A DNA stretch of 63,720 nt, the filler included, from Trichomonas gallinae (taxonomy: Eukaryota), in assembly GCA_008369845.1 (NCBI GenBank). It is 4 parts of 4 records of this genome, joined end to end, with 100 filler letters (N's around TTAATTAATTAA, not from the genome) between each part and the next. Parts side by side here need not be neighbours in the genome. Positions count along the whole stretch, not along the records: positions 34,235 to 63,720 come from MRSU01001113.1; 3 more parts are not named here. The stretch is one strand, 5' to 3'. Positions 55,174-63,720 of the stretch are shown here, piece after piece (positions within the stretch are counted from its first letter, which is position 1; every line of letters starts with the position of its first letter). The notes beneath the pieces were generated by a model. The model was given only the letters and a program-made list of their open reading frames with translations. It was not told the origin of the DNA and searched no databases. Position numbers and translations under genes: made by a program.

Positions 55174-57876
55174 ATGAATGATTTTGTTATAAAGGAAGGC
55201 TCAGCGCAGAAAGAGGGCGGGTTCATTAAGTCCATCAAGGAGAGGTGGTTCGTATTGACACCGGAAAAGCTCGAGTATTACACTGAAAAAGGCGGCGAAT
55301 TAAAAGGTACCGTCGAATTCACAGAAGATATGGTAGTTTCTATCAATACAACATTCAAATTACAACCGTGCTACCAAATATATATACCTGCAAAAAAGAG
55401 ATACTTCAAAGTCTGTCCAGAAACAGAAGAAGACAGAGATGATTGGATAAAAAAGCTCAGAACTTGCATTTTGATACAACGAGGATCAAAGAAACCTTAT
55501 ATTGTCGAGCATATCAAGGATTTCTTCGAAAATTATATCATTCCTAGCGAGATGATTTTCCAAATTTCATCGAAAAACATTGATAGTATAGTTGACATAT
55601 TAGCAAAGCACGTAAAAGCTGAAATCTTGAACGAAGGTCAAGTTTATCAAATGGTTTCTGCAATTTCTGCTGTACATGTTCGTAAAATTAAGTATTACGT
55701 TGAGTTGTGCGAAAGGCTCATAAAAGAAAAGGATATAAAGCCAAGTGAAAGATATTTCATTAAAGGTCAGCGTCTTAAATCAATTTTAATCCTCAAAAAT
55801 CTTCTCGAAGGCACAATTCCAGAAAAGTTCGCAAATACGAATGAAGAAAAGCTAATAAACGTATACAGCAAAGATTCGCCTCTTTATTCAATACTGAAAG
55901 ACGATCTAGAAAAATTCAAGGAATATCCACCTTCAGTTGATCAAGAAATCGAGGATGAAACCGAATTAACGACAATCAACTGCGCAGCCAAGTACGGAGC
56001 ATACAAAATTTTCATGCTGCTGATCGAAGAAGGTCATGAAGTTACTGAAATTACTTATTCCGAAGCTCTTAAGGGTGGAAATAACAAGATCATCGAAGTA
56101 ATCAAGACTATGGGCGTTAAATCGCCATCAGATATAGGAAATATTGCTGCCAAGCATCATTTCAATGAAGTTGCCGGAGAAGAGATTTTCATGGGCGAAG
56201 GCGGCGGCTACAGCTGGGATGCTGCACTGGAACACTATAACTTCAAGGCATTCTTCGATAAAGTTTTCAGAACAAATGATTTCGATGTAATGGATGACCA
56301 AAACTCATCAATTATTCGCGCAACGGCTGCTACTGGCATTTTGGAGCTTGTTAGAATGGCCACAGAAATGCAAACAAACGTAGATTTACGCGCAAAGACA
56401 GAACCAACTCCATTAATGGTTGCCCTTAGGCACCAGCACATTGAAACAGCATCATTCTTAATTTTCCATGGAGCAAACATCAACGCTAAAGGTCCGAATC
56501 AGAAAACTCCACTTATTATCTGCGCAGAAAATAATATTACAGCCTCTGTTAAATTCCTGGTCGACAACAAATGTGCTATCAACGTATCAACAGATAAGCG
56601 TGTCACACCGTTGATGTATGCAGCAATAAACGGAAATGCAGAAATGGCAAGAATCCTGCTTCAAGCCGGCTCAAATCCAGATGACCTTGATGATAAAGAA
56701 TACACAGCTGCTATATATGCAGCACAAAAAGGTGCGGCTGATGTTCTCAACGAATTAATGAAAGCCAAGGCAAATTTCAAGCTTATGGACTATCCGACAC
56801 GCTCAGCGCCAATTATGCATGCTATTCACGGTCATTTCGTCGAATGTGTTCGATTACTCGCTGAAAAAGGGTCATATCTCAATCAATTCGACAAGAAGAA
56901 GAGAAATGCAATCATTTTGGCTATGGAATATGGCTATGATGACATTATTGACATTTTGCTGCCAAAATACAAGAATATCGAAGAAGTTTATTATGCAGGT
57001 TTTCCATTACTATTCTATGCGATAGAAAAGAAGTGTTCCAAAGTCGCCGACGCGATTTTGGACACGAAGAAGTTCGATTATTCAATCAAGAAAGAAGGCG
57101 AACCGATTCTTTATTATGCGATCAAAGAAAAATGCAGAGATATCGCTTACAAACTCATAATGAACGGCTGTCCGATAGAAATCCCCGATGACAAAGGAAA
57201 TACTCCGTTAATGCAAGCAGCATTAAACAGCGATATAGATATCATGAAAGTTTTGATCCAATTCGGTGCAAATATCAACACATTCGATCCAAAGGGCCAA
57301 ACAATCTTGAACATCTGCATCCACCAAAATTGCCTTCCAACAACGTGCCTTATGATACAATGCGGCGCGAACATCAACCAGCCGAGCATGGACGGAATCT
57401 TCTCTTTGTCTTTGGCGATACTTAAAAAGAACGTCGAGATGGTCAAAGTATTACTGAACTCAGGAGCAACACCAAATATATTCGATAACGCTGGAATGAC
57501 TCCTCTTATGCAGTCCGTCATGGTTAACTCGCCTGAAATCACTGATGTATTGATGCAGTATGGTGCTGATCCGACAATCACAAACAAGGCAGGATTGGAC
57601 GTGCTAAAACTCGCGAGACAAGTCAATGTGCCAAGAAGCGCAAAGATCATCAACGATTTCGTGCAAAAAGTTACCGGACAGTTTGACCAGGAGCTCGATG
57701 ACTGGGCAACAAAGGCGATCGCAAATGGAGATGATAAGCCAGAGCTTCCTCGCTCGAGCTCCGGCAACTTCAACAGCGGACAGCTGAATTCTGGTCCGTT
57801 GTCGAGGATTGGAAGGCGCAGAAGAGAATCAACATCATCATCTTCATCTTCTACATCATCTGAAAGTGAAGATTAA
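55174..57876 (+). CDS. PH-domain + DUF3447-like + ankyrin-repeat protein
   Basis: KEGSAQKEGG..KERWFVL...RDDWIKKL; many TPL..A ankyrin repeats; Ser-rich tail. Confidence 0.9.
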   Translation: MNDFVIKEGSAQKEGGFIKSIKERWFVLTPEKLEYYTEKGGELKGTVEFTEDMVVSINTTFKLQPCYQIYIPAKKRYFKVCPETEEDRDDWIKKLRTCILIQRGSKKPYIVEHIKDFFENYIIPSEMIFQISSKNIDSIVDILAKHVKAEILNEGQVYQMVSAISAVHVRKIKYYVELCERLIKEKDIKPSERYFIKGQRLKSILILKNLLEGTIPEKFANTNEEKLINVYSKDSPLYSILKDDLEKFKEYPPSVDQEIEDETELTTINCAAKYGAYKIFMLLIEEGHEVTEITYSEALKGGNNKIIEVIKTMGVKSPSDIGNIAAKHHFNEVAGEEIFMGEGGGYSWDAALEHYNFKAFFDKVFRTNDFDVMDDQNSSIIRATAATGILELVRMATEMQTNVDLRAKTEPTPLMVALRHQHIETASFLIFHGANINAKGPNQKTPLIICAENNITASVKFLVDNKCAINVSTDKRVTPLMYAAINGNAEMARILLQAGSNPDDLDDKEYTAAIYAAQKGAADVLNELMKAKANFKLMDYPTRSAPIMHAIHGHFVECVRLLAEKGSYLNQFDKKKRNAIILAMEYGYDDIIDILLPKYKNIEEVYYAGFPLLFYAIEKKCSKVADAILDTKKFDYSIKKEGEPILYYAIKEKCRDIAYKLIMNGCPIEIPDDKGNTPLMQAALNSDIDIMKVLIQFGANINTFDPKGQTILNICIHQNCLPTTCLMIQCGANINQPSMDGIFSLSLAILKKNVEMVKVLLNSGATPNIFDNAGMTPLMQSVMVNSPEITDVLMQYGADPTITNKAGLDVLKLARQVNVPRSAKIINDFVQKVTGQFDQELDDWATKAIANGDDKPELPRSSSGNFNSGQLNSGPLSRIGRRRRESTSSSSSSTSSESED

Positions 57877-58266
57877 TCTTAATTTGTCGTAATTTCTTAT
57901 CAAATTATGATTGTTATGCACAAGAATAAAGTTTGATTATATATTTTTTGTTTTCATCTCTTATATATATATTATTGAAGTAAGCACTGACTAAATTCAA
58001 AAAAATATTCAATAATTTTTCAAATATGTTGTAATTATAAATCATCAATAAATTTAATAGCATTGTTTGAATTTCTTTGTGTTGCTATGTTTATAAGAGC
58101 CAAATTGTGCATTTTTAATCTGAATGAAAGTATTTCATCATGAAACAGTGAAAATTTGTTAAATTGAATACATGTTACGTCATAGGGACATAAATTTAAT
58201 GCATTTCTTTGCATTTGAGTTAAGGTTAATTAACCCTATTATGTCACTTTTATATAAAACGTAAAG

Positions 58267-59236
58267 ATGTTACTTTTATTTATAAAAATATTTAATTTCG
58301 ATTTTTCATGTTTCTTGGAACAGTTACTACAACACAACATACAATAAACAACATTCTGGTTCTTTCACGTTGGAAGGCAACTATTATGTCTTCCAGACGA
58401 CCCAGAAACAATCTCGAAGCGTTTTCATCCAGATAAAAACAAATTCGGATAACACAAAACTTCTTGCTGAAGACGTCATAGTTACTAATATCACAGCACC
58501 AAATTGCATTCTTTTCGAAAAGAATGGAAATAATATTATTTCGCGTCTTTGTGTTTTCCAACACAATGGCGTTGCCATTAATTCCATTGTAACCAATTCA
58601 TCAGGCTATTTCAATTACCTCCATGATTCCAGTTTTTGTCATATTGGCTCTCTTTCAGAAAGATATACTCGCTTCAACCTTCAATGCGGAATTTGCTCAG
58701 TTCTTCGCAGCAATTTCTCACATTTGTATTCTATCCACCATACTGGCCTTTCAATGGCAGATGCCAACAACTTTTCATATGTAAAATATTGCACATATGA
58801 AAAACTGAATACTTCAGAAAGTGGATGTATTCAGTTTGCAAGAGGAAATTATTCAATAAGCAGCTGCAAATTTCTGAATAATGAGTATGCCAATGTTTTT
58901 ATTTATACGTCAAATTGGTCCAACCTTTTGATCGAAAACTCCTGCTTCATTAATTTCACAAGAGGTGAAACCTTCCTTTACGCTAACTCCTTTCGGATTA
59001 AATTGGTGAATAGCTACACAGAAAATGTTCCTCAAAGAAATGTTAGATCAGATCTATCCACAATACCCATTGATAACCTTTCATTATCATTGTATCATTT
59101 TTCAACAGGAGAATGCTATGCAGAATTCCCCTTTTCTGTAATATATGTTGATCATCTTATCTATCAAACGGAATCCTATTCTTGTTTTGACAGAAAAATA
59201 TTTGATTATATAATGATTGCTGTTGCCATTGACTAA
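58267..59236 (+). CDS. Beta-solenoid family member C; AUG out of frame
   Basis: Initiator TCACTTTT 58244, ATG 58267 (MLLLFIK...) needs a +1 shift into the frame open 58286-59236 (HVSWNSYY, SYVKYCT, HFSTGEC). Confidence 0.6.
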
Positions 59237-59699
59237 ACAAATCAATGAAATTAAAATCATTATAAAAACAGAATATTCATTTAAGAGTCTGGAAAGACTA
59301 AAAACATCATGCAACAATCATCAAAACGGGACAATTGGAAGGAAAGACTCAAATGTTGATGCAAAAAAAAATATCAATATTAGGATGAGACTATTGGAAT
59401 GAAAGGATTAGTCAATAAGATAAGCTAGTGATTTGACTCATACTTTATAAATAGTCACAATGCCATATGGAGGATCTATATTAAAAAAAAATCATAAATC
59501 TGAGAAAAAAAAAAAAAGAGATAAATTCTCCACATATGTATATATATAATGTGATTGTTGTATGTCAATGTTTTAAAATACTCAAAATAGTAAAAATCAA
59601 AAAAAAAAAAAAAAGATTTGAACGCATGTGAAAATGGATATAAATGTGACAAAAGATCATTGTCACTTTTTGAAAATTTTATAATCGGTCACTTCACTT

Positions 59700-61739
59700 A
59701 TGGATTCTGTTCCTTCAATCAACTTATGCTCGACTGATTTCCCAATTGGAGATCTCAAGGCTGCTCACTACGCAGCTGGATTGACAGAAAAAGAGCTCCA
59801 ATATGCGTCAAACATGATTCTCGCACAAAATGCTGGCGCTCTCGTTCTTTTTGATCAAGTTTCCAAGGAGTCAAGGAAGATCCACGAATTCTTGAAGTGC
59901 TTCCTCACAGAAACACCAATCGAAAAGCTCGCAAATCCAGAACCAAACTCACCACTCTTCTATTTCGAAGAATTCGCTTGCGTTTTCTACTACAATACTG
60001 GCAACTACCTCGGATTCGGCGACACAAAGTTCGTTCCACGCATCACAAAGGATCAGCTTCGCGAAATCGTGAAAGATAACAAGAAGGCTGCAGCATTACT
60101 TGAAGAGTGCATTGACGACATCTATGATCTCAGCAGCAACAAGACACAGCTTGGCTTCAACCCAGACGGCTACACAGTCTATTATCAGCCAGATGATTTT
60201 ACAGCTGACGAAGCTGAAGGAATTGACAAGGTTTTGAAGGTTGCTGGTGTCCGCATAGAGAACACAGCCATCATCAGACACGCAGACAAGTATGAAGTCG
60301 CTGTTGCTTCGATCGAAGTCGACAAAGTTGGCCAGAAAGTCGGCACATTCAACGGAAAGGACGTCTACGTCACAAAGGGACGCTCATCCGAAGCCCTCAA
60401 GCTTGTTGTCAAGCATCTCAATGAAGCTCTTAAAAATACAGCAAACGAAACACAAACAGAGATGATCAAGAGTCTCATCGAGCACTTTACAACAGGCTCC
60501 GTTGCTGCTCACGTCAAATACAGCGAACTTTGGGTTAAGGATGTTGATCCAGTCGTTGAAACGCACACAGGCTTCATTGAGAACTACAGAGATCCAAAGG
60601 GCTGCCGCTGCGAGTTCGAAGGCCTCGTTTCTTGCGTCGATAAGCAGGAATCCATCAATCTCCACAAATTCGTCGAAGCTTCTGAGACAATTCTCAAGCT
60701 CATGCCATATCCAAAGGAGTACGAGCGTGCCACATTCAACCCACCGTCATACAACGCCCTCAACATCCTCCAGATGACATCAACAGGATATCCGATCGGC
60801 ATCAACATTCCGAACTACGATGAAATCCGCCTGAAGATCGGTTTCAAGAATGTCACACTCTCAAACGTCATGTCTTCCGTCTCAATCCAGAAATCTGTCT
60901 TAGATCTTCTCGATCCAGCTCTCAGAGACGTCTTCTCAGAGTACTCAGAGCAGGTTGAGTCCCTCGCTGTTGCTGCTCACGAGCTCTACGGCCACGGCAG
61001 CGGCGGCAAGCTCCGCAAGGCTGACGTCGAAGGTGGCAAAGTCGACGACCTCCTCAATCCAGGCAGAAAGGTCGAATCTTACTGGCCGGACGACGACACA
61101 TCATTCGACCAGATGTTCGGCGCGTGCTCTTCCGCATACGAAGAGTGCAGGGCTGAGACATCCGCTGTTTACTTGACTTTCTTCGATGAAGTCCTCGACA
61201 TCTTCAACGTCAAGAGGGACCCAGAAGTCAGGAAGAACTTCTTATTCGTCACTGTCGTCAAGATGCTCATCGCCGGCCTCAGGGGCATGTTCTGCTACAG
61301 CGCAGAAGCCAAGAGATGGACACAGGCACACTCAGCAGCTAGATTCGCCATCCTTAGGGCCTGCTTGATGTGGGGAAGAGGAGCGGCTGAAATCAGAAAG
61401 ACAGCCGAAGGTGGATATCAGTTGTTCGTCGACATCAACAAGCTCGACGGAATCAAGGACGCCATCACCACACTCCTCAAGCACCTCAACTACTACAAGA
61501 CAACATGCCTCCCAGGACCAGGCGCAGAATTCTTCGCAGCAATGACAGCATTCGATGACAGATGGATCGCCATCAAGAAATACGTCGATGCACAGCCAAG
61601 GAAGAGAGCTGCCTACTGTGGCGGTGTTGTCAGGGGTGAGCCTGGACACTACAAGATCGAATCATTTCCAAAGGAGAAGGCAACACCACTTGATGTTGCT
61701 TTAACATTCATTGAGAACATCACACTCGCAACAAAGTAA
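59700..61739 (+). CDS. DPP3: Dipeptidyl-peptidase III (peptidase M49)
   Basis: GNYLGFGDTKF, GFIENYRDP, GINIPNY, HELYGHGSG, EECRAE, QAH. Confidence 0.95.
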   Translation: MDSVPSINLCSTDFPIGDLKAAHYAAGLTEKELQYASNMILAQNAGALVLFDQVSKESRKIHEFLKCFLTETPIEKLANPEPNSPLFYFEEFACVFYYNTGNYLGFGDTKFVPRITKDQLREIVKDNKKAAALLEECIDDIYDLSSNKTQLGFNPDGYTVYYQPDDFTADEAEGIDKVLKVAGVRIENTAIIRHADKYEVAVASIEVDKVGQKVGTFNGKDVYVTKGRSSEALKLVVKHLNEALKNTANETQTEMIKSLIEHFTTGSVAAHVKYSELWVKDVDPVVETHTGFIENYRDPKGCRCEFEGLVSCVDKQESINLHKFVEASETILKLMPYPKEYERATFNPPSYNALNILQMTSTGYPIGINIPNYDEIRLKIGFKNVTLSNVMSSVSIQKSVLDLLDPALRDVFSEYSEQVESLAVAAHELYGHGSGGKLRKADVEGGKVDDLLNPGRKVESYWPDDDTSFDQMFGACSSAYEECRAETSAVYLTFFDEVLDIFNVKRDPEVRKNFLFVTVVKMLIAGLRGMFCYSAEAKRWTQAHSAARFAILRACLMWGRGAAEIRKTAEGGYQLFVDINKLDGIKDAITTLLKHLNYYKTTCLPGPGAEFFAAMTAFDDRWIAIKKYVDAQPRKRAAYCGGVVRGEPGHYKIESFPKEKATPLDVALTFIENITLATK

Positions 61740-61941
61740 AACTGCTAAAAAACGTTCTTAATATAATTTACAAAAACTATATATAGTAAATTAGCTGAGT
61801 TAATGTATGATCATTACTAACCTGAATAGCTTATTATGTTTTCTAAATCTTATTAGTTTTATATTTGAGTTTAGTTGGTATTTAAGAAGATATGTTTAAG
61901 AATAAAACTCTTTACCGAGTGATTAAATTGAACATGCAGAA

Positions 61942-63720
61942 TTAAGCTGTAATTGTGAGTGGAATTGGAATTGTTTCATCGGAATATAGGTCATCACTGT
62001 CCTTTGCAATAAAGACAAGATCATATGTATCTGGGTTAAGATCCTCTGGAACATTATAATAGAAAGCAAATAGAGCTGGATTTTCAGACTTTGTGGCTTG
62101 ACCACATTGTACATACTCGCCTCCATTGATCTTTGCCCATATAAATATATCGACATCATTCTGATCATCCTCAATGAGAGCATATCCAAGTATTCTCCTA
62201 TTTGCCTTTGAAACTCTGTAGGCCAAACCAGCCTGGAGAAGATGTGGCTTAATTGCTGGAACCACGTTGAATGAGTCACTAAAAGAGGGTTCAGATTTGA
62301 TTCCATACTCATCCTCTGCCCAAACTTTCAACTTATAGGATTTGTCAGCCTTTAGTTCTGGAGGAAGTGTAATTGGTTTATCAAATTCTCTATAACCATC
62401 GCGGATTTTATATGTCTGTAATGTATGTACTCTGCCGTTATTGAATTGATATTTGACCGTCACTTGTGTTTCATCATAAATAATACCAGAAATTGTCATC
62501 TTACCACCCTCAACATACCTGTTACGGAAATTCTTATTGAGACTAAGACCTGGTGGATTGGAAATTATTATTGTTTTTCTGATGACGTTTGATGTGAATT
62601 TAACTTCTTTATCACGAGCTGAAACTTCGTATGTGTAAAATGGGCCATCACCAATATTGACTGTCCTATTAATATAAATTCCTCCTGGCTGATCAATAAT
62701 TTGCACTTCTACTGTCTCGTTATTACCATTGAGATTAAGATCAACAAAAACGATTTCACCAATATCTCCATCAATAATTCTGAATTTAAGTTCAAGTTCA
62801 TCTTCTGCTTCATAAACATCATCTGGCTGAGTTTCATCAACAATTCTTGTTGGTGTCTTGATGTTGCTATCTGGTGCAATTGTGAAACCGAATGAAACGT
62901 TTGTGTCTGGCATAATTTCGCGCTTGAGCCATGAGAATGAGAGCATTGCGTCTTCGGCTGATTCTTGCTTTTCAGAACTTCTGAAGAAAGGCATCTCGGA
63001 AGGGCGAATTTCAGAATATCCATCATCATCTTCAGGTCTGTATAGTCCGTCGAGGAATATAGCATCGACGTTAGAGAATGAACCATAGTCACGCAAAAAG
63101 AATGTCATGAAAACGCCTTTTTCTTCATCGCTAATTGTGACACCACGTCCATCCTTTCTCATTTTGATTTTGTCATTATCATTGCTCCAGTATATCTGTG
63201 TATCGACGAAAACACTAAGATCGATCTTCTTTGACCAATAATCTGTGTTCTGGACATCAAAAATAACTTGAAGGTATCCTGTGACTGGATCATACTCGGT
63301 GCGCTGTGTGATTGAGAAGTTTTCAAGCTGAGCCATTGATCCTTCAGTGTGCTTGATGAGCTGCGTTTCTGATGGATTTTCTTCATCATCATATGTTCTG
63401 AATCCAACATAGTAGCCTTCATTATTGTATGAAGTCTGTATTGGGAATCTATCTCCCGGCTTCTGATAATTGATATTGAAACAAGTTTCAAATTCTGATT
63501 CGATTTTTTCAGTCACATCGGTGACATTGCCTCTTAACTCTTGTGTTCTGACAGATGAAGGATCAGTGATTTCTACAACCTTTGTCACTACCTCAGTTGC
63601 CTCGTGCTCATTTGAGTCTTTAGCTTCAATAGTAATGTTATGCATTCCGACCTCCTTGTCTTCTGGCACTTTTAAGAAATAAGCAAATGAAGCTAACTGT
63701 GAGTTTGGTGTTTTCTTTCC
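61942..63720 (-). CDS. Bap-like / Ig-fold repeat surface protein, 3' part (5' end beyond window)
   Basis: Frame open to the window edge; beta-sandwich repeats ending ITIEAKDS, YEVSARDK, LKVWAEDEYG, LVFIAKDS. Confidence 0.65.
   Translation of the reverse strand, partial: GKKTPNSQLASFAYFLKVPEDKEVGMHNITIEAKDSNEHEATEVVTKVVEITDPSSVRTQELRGNVTDVTEKIESEFETCFNINYQKPGDRFPIQTSYNNEGYYVGFRTYDDEENPSETQLIKHTEGSMAQLENFSITQRTEYDPVTGYLQVIFDVQNTDYWSKKIDLSVFVDTQIYWSNDNDKIKMRKDGRGVTISDEEKGVFMTFFLRDYGSFSNVDAIFLDGLYRPEDDDGYSEIRPSEMPFFRSSEKQESAEDAMLSFSWLKREIMPDTNVSFGFTIAPDSNIKTPTRIVDETQPDDVYEAEDELELKFRIIDGDIGEIVFVDLNLNGNNETVEVQIIDQPGGIYINRTVNIGDGPFYTYEVSARDKEVKFTSNVIRKTIIISNPPGLSLNKNFRNRYVEGGKMTISGIIYDETQVTVKYQFNNGRVHTLQTYKIRDGYREFDKPITLPPELKADKSYKLKVWAEDEYGIKSEPSFSDSFNVVPAIKPHLLQAGLAYRVSKANRRILGYALIEDDQNDVDIFIWAKINGGEYVQCGQATKSENPALFAFYYNVPEDLNPDTYDLVFIAKDSDDLYSDETIPIPLTITA

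Noticed and set aside
51420..58330. Short spliceosomal introns as the explanation for the out-of-frame AUGs
   Set aside because: No GT...CTAAC...AG unit of suitable length or phase lies between the AUGs and the conserved W motif in members A, B or C.
903..63682. Many short ORFs antisense to or nested in long genes (e.g. 57147-57773, 30961-31380, 33447-33761)
   Set aside because: Shadow frames produced by codon bias of the real genes; no independent motifs.

Overview
AT-rich, gene-dense, apparently intron-free eukaryotic DNA from a trichomonad (Trichomonas-like parabasalid). The organism call is an inference from TCACTT initiator and AAAGTGAC motifs just upstream of ATGs, TAA-A stop/poly(A) overlaps, and expanded Rab, DUF3447-ankyrin, NEK/CAMK and Bap-like families. 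The window is four contigs joined by three artificial 100-nt spacers (44N-TTAATTAATTAA-44N), so adjacency across those joins is not evidence. It holds about 40 protein genes: DOA1/PLAA, Sin3-like, GCP3, bacterial-type RNase HI, PAP2, V-ATPase E, TMEM181-like, BRF1, three Rabs, two kinases, Mei2-like, GH1, GH25 lysozyme, AVL9, DHHC, DPP III and others. It also holds one truncated tRNA-Arg(ACG), an ankyrin pseudogene and probable DNA-transposon ends at contig edges. Two observations stand out. (1) All four members of one Asn/Ser/Cys-rich beta-solenoid-like family have intact 317-350-codon frames but no in-frame AUG at the N-terminus; three have an upstream AUG that needs a +1 shift and one starts at GTG. 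This suggests recoding, non-AUG initiation or silent cassettes rather than random decay. (2) An 11-bp intergenic motif, TTTAYRTGTCA, recurs across the window and forms helically phased arrays with about 31-bp and 20-bp periods. All family assignments are by eye from motifs; no database search was run.
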